DNA from: Octopus sinensis
Taxonomy: Eukaryota
Direction of reading: 5' to 3'
Assembly: GCF_006345805.1 (NCBI RefSeq)
Contig: NC_043001.1
Span: 79,546,001 to 79,610,000, forward strand
Length of the DNA stretch: 64,000 bases
In this document: one piece after another, positions 54,709 to 64,000 of the stretch
Numbering within the stretch: the first letter of the stretch is position 1
How the letters are laid out: each line of letters begins with the position of its first letter
Notes under the pieces: generated by a model
Told to the model about the DNA's origin: nothing
Database searches by the model: none
Seen by the model: the letters and a program-made list of their open reading frames with translations, nothing else
Translations under genes and position numbers: made by a program

Positions 54709-54835
54709 TGAGAATTTACAAAAAAAAAAACGACGAAGACGGCGTGTAAACAACAAACAAATGTATCAGTTTAATGCTCGGAAAGTGAGCAAGACTTTTA
54801 CGTTTCGATCCTATTCTATTTGACAGGAAGGATCA
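54700..54835 (-). mobile_element. Solo PLE terminal cassette, degenerate hammerhead core
   Basis: Reverse complement cttcCTGTCAAatagaataggatcGAAACGTAaaagtctt...gtaaattctcactaatatata; abuts a (TA)n tract. Confidence 0.6.
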
Positions 54836-55289
54836 CAGAAATAAACAGGGAGAGATAATAGAAAAAGGTTTAGTGGCTAACGATCTATCATGAGGTAATG
54901 ACTAGAAACTGTATTTCAAAGAGCAAGCCTTGTCATATTCTAAGTCACAGTGATTCAGTGATTCATCCTGAGAGCTACATTAAGGATATCCATGTCTGTG
55001 GAGCGCTCAGCCACTTGCACGTTAAATTCACGAGCATGTTGTTCCACTAATCGGAACAACTGGAACCTTCAACGTCGTAAGCGACTGAATGACAGTCATA
55101 TATATATTAATACACACATACAGAGAGCGAGAGCGTAATCTAGTTGAGGACACCTATATATATATATTTATATATATATATATTTCAGAAAATCATATCA
55201 TCATAGACTAAATTGTTTTGCCATATCCACCAGGAATCAAAAGTGCGAACTGATTAGTAAAAACCTATTCTCTGCATAACACACACATA

Positions 55290-55520
55290 GGGTGCGAGTT
55301 GCGATCTGGCAGTATCGTTAGCGACCCGGACAAAATGCTTAGCAGCATTTCGTCTGTCTTTAAGTTCTGAGTTGAAATTCCACCGAGGTCGATTACGCAT
55401 TTGATCCATTCAGGTTCGATAAAATACGACCCAGCTGAGCGCAGGAATCGATGTATTCAATTTACCACCTCATCCCGTTATTTACTGAAATTACTGGCCT
55501 TGTGCTGAAATATGAAACCG
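55290..55520 (+). mobile_element. SINE family B
   Basis: gcgatctggcagtatcgttagc...gttctgagttgaaattccaccgaggtcga. Confidence 0.85.
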
Positions 55521-55926
55521 TTATAACGGTATGGTTTCTATGGGAACGAGCTATAAGTATGCAGTAAGAGCCGTATATTTTCTAGTTATATACATATGAC
55601 AAACTAAATTACCCACTACGCTAATATTTCGTATGCAAACAAGTGATATTTTGAACACGTACTCTTAGCTGTAGTCTCTTGTTTAGGAACAAATGATTTC
55701 TTGAGACCATGCGATCCCGGATATTAGAATGACCACCGTAATATGTATGCCCATGATATGTATTTTTATGGCAATAATTTACAATGATAATTATATTCCT
55801 CGGATGTACTTAGTTCTTGCACGTTTACCGCCTAAAAATATGTAATATATTACTGATTTGAATATACTTACCACAAATGAATGTATCAATCAACGTATGT
55901 ACATAAATAAATACATACATCAATGG

Positions 55927-55992
<66 letters not shown>

Positions 55993-56422
55993 TGTGTGTG
56001 TGTGTGTGTGTACGATCAATAACACAGTGTGATTCCAAGTCCATAATAGTAACAACGCTAAGTTAACTATTAGTTTAATTGAATGCAAAAGGGCAGAGAG
56101 TTGTGCCATGTTCGTGTTAGATTGTGAAATAAAACAAATCTGTCCAAGAAATTTTGCCACTGGAAGTGCTGTGGAGAAATTCTGTGATCGGTTAGAGCTG
56201 AAGATTGCAATTTCTGAAATTCTCAATAGACTAACACGCGATAAATATTGATTTGAAACCTTCCGATAAATCAACGAACATTAGGATGCACGCATCCTTC
56301 ATAGAGAACATAGAAGTATCTACATATTTGTATATATACACACACACGCGCGTGAGTAAGTGTGCGTGTGCTTGTGTATATATATATTATGAATATATAT
56401 GTCGGTATATATATATATGTTA

Positions 56423-56469
<47 letters not shown>

Positions 56470-56758
56470 TACATATATACATATATAGAGTTAGATATGT
56501 GTATAAATATGTGATTTTATATATTATGTGTATATATATATATGTTTGTGTGCGTATGTATGTGTATATATGTATATGTGTGTGTTTAATTCTGAGTGTG
56601 TGTATACATGTATATACATTTACATATACGCAAGCATACACATATTCACGCGTATACATAGGGCATCAATCTCAACGAAGATATTCACTTTTTGTATACG
56701 TTAATGAACGTACACCTTTGTATATAGCACATGTATGTAGATCTGTATACATATATGC

Positions 56759-56794
<36 letters not shown>

Positions 56795-57464
56795 TTGTGT
56801 GTGAGTGTGTTTATACATACATAAATGCACACATACATATATATGTATGCCTGTATATATACGTGTATATGTTTGTATATACTTGCGAATATCCATAAGT
56901 ATGTATATGTATTTGTCCGTGAAGAAACAAGCACACGCATACATACACACAAATGCATACCCACACACGCACACACACATACGCACACACACATACACGC
57001 ACACTCACATATTCATACATACACGCATTTATATTCCTGAGCACTTTGCATGATGACTATAATGTTCTCTGTGTTGTTTAAAAGCAGGTGCAGCGTATAA
57101 TTTCTAGTTTTATATACAACCGGCTGAGAAACTTTATATTGAAGTGCAGTATTATATATATGTTGTTGCATGTAATTGGTGGGGCATATATAATGCAAAA
57201 GCACCGAAGTTCACTGAGGAATACTCAGGATCGATTAATTGTCTGCAATGTAAGGATATATAAAGTCACATATACTACATATTGAAGCTGGTCAATGAAA
57301 ACAAAGTTTTCAAATCATAGCGGTTCAGCCATTAGTATCTTAATCTTTTTTAGAAGAAATAATCTGTTTAAGTTCCAGACATTATATATACGTACACACC
57401 AATATTATATGTATATATATATATATATATGCGAAGGCGCATATATATATATATATATATATAT

Positions 57465-57790
57465 ATCCCGCCTCACTAGCACCCACCATCGACCCTATCC
57501 CATCATCCACTCCTTCACCTGCACCTCCAGCAATATTATCTATTGCATCTCTTGCTCTCTCTGCAATTCCTTGTACATCGGACAAACGGGACGCCGCTTG
57601 GCTGACCGGTCGCGGAACACCTTCGTGACATCCACCTTGCGAACGACACACCACGGTCTCACGCCATTTCCGCTCCACCGGTCACTCCTTGCAACACCTA
57701 TCTGTGTTCGGTTTGTCCTTACACAGAGGCCATCCGGATTCCCGTTTGCGCCGTGAACAGGAATTAATCTTCTCTCTTCGCTCTTATACG
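57465..57790 (+). mobile_element. Penelope-like relic, GIY-YIG domain (same family as 35100)
   Basis: HSFTCTSSNIIYCISCSLCNSLYIGQTGRRLADR; nucleotide similarity to 35370-35690; begins directly after (TA)n. Confidence 0.9.
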
Positions 57791-57799
57791 CCATTGGTC

Positions 57800-58130
57800 T
57801 CAACTCTCCCCCCCTCCTCATCTAACCCCCTCTCCCCCTCCTCACTATCCTTTCTCCCCCCGACCCCTACTTCTTCAGTCCTCATCCTTTCACCCCTACT
57901 CCCCTTCCCTTCTTCCCTCTTTCTCCTCTCCCTCTTCCCCTTCCCTCTGCTGCCTCACTCCCTCTCTCCCTTCTCCTCTCCCCCTCTCCCTATTTCCTCC
58001 TTCATCCCCCTCCTCACCTTCCTTCTCCCCCATCGTCTCCTCTTCCCCTTCTCCTCCCTCTTCTTCCCCTCCCCTTCTCTCCCCCCCTCTTCTCCTCCCC
58101 CTCCCCCTCTTCTCCTCACTACAAACACAC
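57800..58130. repeat. ~330 bp polypyrimidine low-complexity tract
   Basis: Almost only C/T on the + strand. Confidence 0.95.
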
Positions 58131-58184
58131 CACATGACTTTACACATCACATCACATATGATGTGCCATACTAATACACACACC

Positions 58185-58480
58185 AACTAATACATACTAG
58201 TACATACTAATACTTACACCAACCCTATACATACACACGTCCAGACCCCGCATACGCACTTATACTCTCTCACACACACACACACACACCTATACATACC
58301 AATACGTACTAATACATACTAATACATACTAATACATACACCAACCCCATACATACGCACGTCCAGACCAATCTTACGCACTAATACTCTCTCATACACA
58401 CACACACACACACACACACCCTTATACATACTAATACATACACCAACCCTATACATACACACATCCAGACCCCTCCCACG
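58185..58480. repeat. Minisatellite, about 2.5 copies of a ~100-120 bp unit
   Basis: acaccaaccc.atacatac.cac.tccagacc recurs at ~58215, ~58338 and ~58439, separated by (CA)n. Confidence 0.8.
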
Positions 58481-58599
58481 CACTTTTAGCTGGTCCATCA
58501 ACCCTTTTATCAACCCTATTATCTCCCTTATTTCGCTCTCGCGTCTCATTTTGATCTTTGACCTCTGGCCGAAATCAGATCGCCATGTTGATTCGTTAG

Positions 58600-58790
58600 C
58601 TACTGCACGCATTATTTTCTCTCCTTCTTTCTGTGTTTTTCTTCTCTCTCTGTGTATCTTTCTGTTGAAGAGCGTAGGCTCGAAACGTTAAAGACTTGTT
58701 TTATTTATATTTCCTGAGCGCCATACTAATACAATTGTTCGTTTGTTTTCCACCTGCCTCGTCTTTTGTTTATTTTCATAAAGCTTCCCG

Positions 58791-58795
<5 letters not shown>
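58600..58795 (+). mobile_element. PLE terminal cassette with the best-preserved hammerhead-like motif
   Basis: TCTTT(58657-61) CTGTTGA(58662-68) A GAGC gtag GCTC GAAAC GTT AAAGA(58690-94). Confidence 0.75.
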
Positions 58796-58878
<83 letters not shown>

Positions 58879-58879
58879 G

Positions 58880-58911
<32 letters not shown>

Positions 58912-59077
58912 TGTATATATAATATATATATATATATAAGAGATAATGGTCTTGTTGAGACCCAAAGTGTCAGGTAAGCTGAATAAGTGCTATAGACAGA
59001 CCATAGTTAAGTTCCAGATTCGCTAATATTGCGAATAAAGTGTTCAAAGTTGGTTCTATGTCAGCGTGTGTATATAT

Positions 59078-59187
59078 GAATTTTTTGCGTAATGAGATAA
59101 AAAAACCAAGACTGTATAGATATTAGAGCATAAATGCTCCAATATCTATATAGCCTTGGTATTTTTATCTCATTACGCAAAATATTC
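59078..59187. repeat. 110 bp near-perfect palindrome (53 bp arms, TAAA loop)
   Basis: gaattttttgcgtaatgagataaaaaaaccaagactgtatagatattagagca vs reverse complement of the right arm, gaatattttgcgtaatgagataaaaataccaaggctatatagatattggagca. Confidence 0.92.
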
Positions 59188-59199
59188 ACACACAAACCA

Positions 59200-59253
<54 letters not shown>

Positions 59254-59288
59254 ATATATATATAAGAGGGGTTGTGTGTGTGTGTGTG

Positions 59289-59655
59289 AGAACGTGCATA
59301 GTTCAGTCATTAGAGCGACGATCTTAGGACCTTATGACCGTGAGGTTGTGAGTTCGAATTCCTGACCGGGCTGCGTGTCGTGTTCTTGAGCAAGACACTT
59401 TATTTCACCTTGCTCCAGTTCACTGAGTTGTAGAAATGTGTTGTGACGTCACCGATGACAAGCTGCATCGGCCAATGCCTCGGCCAATTTGCCTCGGCCA
59501 ATTTGCCTTTCCCTTGGATAAAATCGGTGGCGTGGAAGGAGGAGGCTGTTATGCATAGGTGACTGCTAGTCTTCCATAAACAAACGTGCCCGGACTTGTA
59601 CCTAGGAGGGTGAGTTTTTAGGTGCAATCTCATGGTCATTCGTTACTGAAGGGGA
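59289..59655 (+). mobile_element. SINE family D head/core with a different tail
   Basis: gagttcgaattcctgaccgggc...gttcttgagcaagacactttatttcaccttgctccagttcactgag, then a tail not shared with 40930. Confidence 0.8.
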
Positions 59656-59665
59656 TCTCTGACTC

Positions 59666-59748
<83 letters not shown>

Positions 59749-60138
59749 ATAGATGTCATTCTTCTTTTCGGTTAGGTTGTCGTGAAGCGTGGTTATAACT
59801 TCTCTCTCGTATACGACAGAGTTTATCGTGCATTCCTAATCGAATGGATAAACCCCAGGGTCTCGACAGTTACATGTGCGAGTGGGGTGGTAATGTTATT
59901 CATATTGAGGCAGCAACTATCGGATAACTGAATTGAAATTCTTTTAAGGATGCTTCTGGGTTTGTAAGTTTCTGAGAAAGCTTATTTAACAAACACAGGA
60001 ATACTTTATGTACGTTAGTTTTAACATTTAGGAAGAAAGGTGAGCGCGAGCAAATTATTTTCTCGGTCTTTTCTTAGGTCTATTTTTATTATTCGAATTG
60101 TTCTACAAAGGCAATAATATAACTTCTCTTTGGAGCCA

Positions 60139-60216
60139 CTAGGGCATTGCTATAGTAGGAAGCTGCTTTGTCAAACATTTTCGATAAGGCAACACCCTAC
60201 TATAGCAATGCCCTAG
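60139..60216. repeat. 78 nt hairpin with a perfect 21 bp basal stem
   Basis: ctagggcattgctatagtagg (60139-59) / cctactatagcaatgccctag (60196-216); inner 9 bp stem and 10 nt loop. Confidence 0.92.
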
Positions 60217-61143
60217 CTAACAGTAGGTATATACGAATCTACGTGATTTTTACTAGTTTTGCGTAAACCACGACAAACACTAAAAAACTTTACTGCAATG
60301 CTTTTGAATTTTTCCCATCTCAAAAATTAAATTTATCTATATATTTTCGGTTTGAATAGAGATCGTCTTCTTTACTAATATTAATAATATTCCGCTATTT
60401 ATTTATCTAGCCTATAAAAGGAGATAACTCCATGCAATCGTCGTCATTGTAGTAGATTTCTTAGGCACTTCTTCCATAGAGTCCTATCCAAGGCAACCGT
60501 CATTAGACTTTCTCAGACCTGACCAACTGAGACTACATTCTTTCCCTTCCTGCAGGTCTCCAGGCGGTTCGTTCGGCTTGGAAAATCCATCTTGTGATAT
60601 ATCACTAAAAAATTCTAATCACATATTCGCCGCACCGTATACCAAAGATGTGACTTCTAAATACGACTCCAAATAGATGATTCTTCATATGAAAAAATTT
60701 ACCTTCATTTCTACATCTCCGTACGTTTGAGACAGGCTGTCCGCTTCTCTCTCTCTCTCTCTCTCTCTCTCCCTCTCTCCTTTTTCTATCCTCCTCTCAC
60801 TCCCCCTCTCTCCCTCTCTCTCTCTCTCTCCACCTCTCTTTTTCCGCATATGCATTTGCCTCTGTGTGCGTGTGTATATGTATTTGAACGTGTCTCCTTT
60901 CAGTGCGGACACTGTTTGGCACCATCATCCCTTTGAGCTGACCAAAGCCCATGGGCCCGAAATTTACATTAATAGCCGCAATTAATCAGTGGACATGTAT
61001 AAACAGTGAAAAATAGAACTTTATAAATGTATGTCATGGTGAGTATATACGAATGAGAACGTATCGTAAATAGATACAACGAGAGATATGCAGACTATCT
61101 TTTAATATTATTTTTGAATATGATATACTATACTGTATATGTT

Positions 61144-61220
<77 letters not shown>

Positions 61221-62329
61221 CTATGTATATATGTACACACATATATCATTAAGTATTATTTATCATGCATACTTGCACACACACGCTCACAGATACATAC
61301 ACACATATGCTGAGAAAGTGATATGAAATATGGATAGATATCATTTCATTTATATGTGCACTTTTAACGGTTTACTTTTCTACGTATACGTAAATATACA
61401 TACACATACACACATATATACACACACACATATGAACACAAGTATTTATTTTTATGTGTTTACTTCTGTATTTGTTCGTATGTGTATATGACGTACGTTT
61501 ATCAGTCTGTATGTGCGTGCGTCTGCGCACACGTGTAAGTTGTCACATATTCATATTTGGAATTTTCCATCAGAATTTATGGAAGGAATGGATTATTTTT
61601 CCCATGAATGCATACATTCGTAAATTCCCGAACAAATTGCTTTCCCTGCTATCATTGGTAAGGCTTCTTGATTGTTCAATTAAGAACATTTCTGGATGTC
61701 AACTGCAAACAACCTACCGAAAACCTTATACCACGTTCCATTGCATACAATTTCAAAGCAATGTTTAGTTATAATATTGATTTTGTTTTTATGATTAATA
61801 ACTGTCTTATACTAAATAAGCGCTATATTCTCTGCCTCTGCATCTCTGTCCGCCCACAACATATTGAGTTATAAAAGAGAGTGAAAGTAATGAAGCTGCA
61901 AGAAAATGAAGGACACTTTTCCAAACAGATAGCTTATGTTATATAAGCTTTTGTTCTTAGTTCAAATCCCATCCGGGGAGACTTTACTTCTTATACTTCA
62001 TCAGCTGAAAGAGTAGGAACAAGTTTCAGTAAAAAAGCCTAAGTTAATATTTTTTATAAGCCTATTGACGCAAGCGTGTGTGAGTGGTAAAAAAATTTCC
62101 TTTCTCAACAATATGGTTCCGGATTTAGACCCTCAGCGTGACTACTTGGATAGGTGTCTCCTACCATACCATCGAGTCATTCAAAGCCTTGAAAATGGAT
62201 TTGATAAACGGAAAAGGAAATAAGTCCGTCGTATATATATATATATATATATTATCACGATCAACTGGTCCCACTACCGAACAATACGGTCGTTATATTG
62301 ATGTCTGTATCAACAAACACACCAACTAA

Positions 62330-62600
62330 CATTCATACATTAGCTTCTCCTACACTCACCCAGTCCTTACCAAGCCCTCCCTCCCCTACTCTCAATTCCT
62401 CTGTTTGTGTAAGCTCTGCAGTGGAGACTCAGTCTCAAATCTTGGCTCGCCACTTCATCCTTCGCGGATAACCCCTCACCACCATTCACACAACTGTTAC
62501 CAGAGCACTTCTGCTCTCTCTTTCTTTCCGCTCCCACACCACCGTTCCCAGTCTCCAGTTTCCTCTCACCTACCACCCCTTCACCTTGCTCTTCTAACGC
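62330..62600 (+). mobile_element. Penelope-like RT thumb fragment
   Basis: SFSYTHPVLTKPSLPYSQFLCLCKLCSGDS, then HFILRG*PLTTIHTTVTRAL (the PYSQFLR..R.CS and RGYP motifs). Confidence 0.8.
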
Positions 62601-62841
62601 CCCATTCTCCGAGCCTTCCTACCCACAAGAATAAACAAGAGTGACAAATAAAGGCAGAAGCAAGGAAAATGCTCCTTATATTTGAATACTATGCAAATAT
62701 TCTTTTAAAAACTTTCCTTTTAATTTTTCTAAAATTTTATTGTTTTCCATACTCACAGTTGAAAATGTCCCAATGACTAAATCCGGTACTGAAAGGATTC
62801 TAATCAAATTGTTTTAGCATTTTCTACCTTGCCTTTTTCCC

Positions 62842-62897
<56 letters not shown>

Positions 62898-62905
62898 ATA
62901 TTTAT

Positions 62906-62941
<36 letters not shown>

Positions 62942-62971
62942 ATATATTATATATATATATATAATATATAT

Positions 62972-63022
<51 letters not shown>

Positions 63023-63234
63023 CTCTGTATGTGTATATGTAGTACTGGTTGTTTAGATTCTCCTAGCATAGGTTCGCTGGTATAGATCACTTCAACCTAA
63101 ACTATCCAAATAAATGCTGAAATTTGGCTGCAATCCAATGACTGTAGCAGGCAGAAGAGAAAAAGGTAAAGGCTAAAAAGCCATTAACCAAAACTCTTAT
63201 TGCTGTCATATAGAATTGCCTTTAAACATTCTAT

Positions 63235-63540
63235 TATCCTTTACCTTTTATCTTATTCTTCCAGTCATTTGACTACGGCTATGCTGGGGCATCGTATTGA
63301 TGGGTTTTAGCTGAATGAATCGACTCCAACATTTATTTTTCAAAGCCTAGCACATATTCCATCAATCTCTCAGGTTAAATGATAAATTTCGGAGACGTAC
63401 ATAAACTGACATCGGTTGTCAAGCTGCGGAGAGAGACAAACATAAACGCAGACACGCATACAAACATTGACGCGCGCAGTGGAATTGAACCTGAAACCAT
63501 GTGGCTGAGAGACAAATTTCTTAACACACAGTTTTGCCTA
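63235..63540 (-). mobile_element. SINE family A, degenerate
   Basis: Reverse complement of the tail (cagtcatttgact.cggc.atgctgg) and head (aaaccatgtgg...cttaacacacag). Confidence 0.75.
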
Positions 63541-63779
63541 CCACTATGTTGAAAATATTTAGCTGTGCGACAGTGTGTAATACAAAATTCCTCTGAGTTT
63601 TTAATTCCTCGACTTTGTGATATAACCTCAGCTCAGAATGTCTTACTTTATATAATGGTCACAGTACTGTGTGAAAATTGTATACCCTTTGCTGTTACGT
63701 TCGATGACATTGCTGTGGAACGTCTTATGGAATTTCTTTTATGTTATTACGAGCAAAACGCCCCCCGTCCAATAGACGG

Positions 63780-64000
63780 TGCTGAGTTGTCAAACATTTA
63801 AGCCAAATTTTCTGAAAACAACTTTTGCGACCTTCCTATAGGCCTCTCCTTTGAGAAACACTGATTTAACCAAAAATTGAGATACCAGCAAAAGACGGAT
63901 TTCTACTGATGTAATTACGCGTACAAATGCACGTTTCCAAGGCTTTATCGATCGCATTCTCACCTGGAATCGACAGACAGACAGAACGGATTTTATATAA
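63780..64000. mobile_element. Possible second Helitron-like element, truncated by the window edge
   Basis: Ends gacagacagacagaacggattttatata, like 20275-20310 (gacagacac...cagttttatata); no terminal hairpin found. Confidence 0.3.

Overview
AT-rich eukaryotic genomic DNA packed with microsatellites ((TA)n, (CA)n, (TATG)n, (GATA)n, (AAT)n, (CAT)n). The repeat complement strongly suggests a coleoid cephalopod, most likely Octopus (inference). I recognise no intact host gene, rRNA, tRNA or CRISPR array, and nearly all listed ORFs are microsatellite translations. Contents: (1) at least four tRNA-headed SINE families with shuffled head and tail modules, including a cluster of about 10 mixed-orientation copies at 8.3-11.1 kb; (2) four Tc1/mariner relics, one near full length with TIRs and TA TSD; (3) a hAT transposase relic; (4) a Helitron-like element; (5) many Penelope-like (PLE) relics of two lineages; (6) several MITE-like foldbacks, one with Kolobok-like TTAA ends; (7) a ~1.73 kb tandem duplication that may be an assembly artefact. 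The most notable observation is a repeated PLE terminal cassette carrying a minimal hammerhead-ribozyme-like fold with a non-canonical core (CUGUUGA instead of CUGANGA), identical in three copies. A few weak candidate exons are reported, one matching a fibronectin type III motif. All alignments and translations were done by eye, so boundaries other than the TIR/IR ends are approximate.
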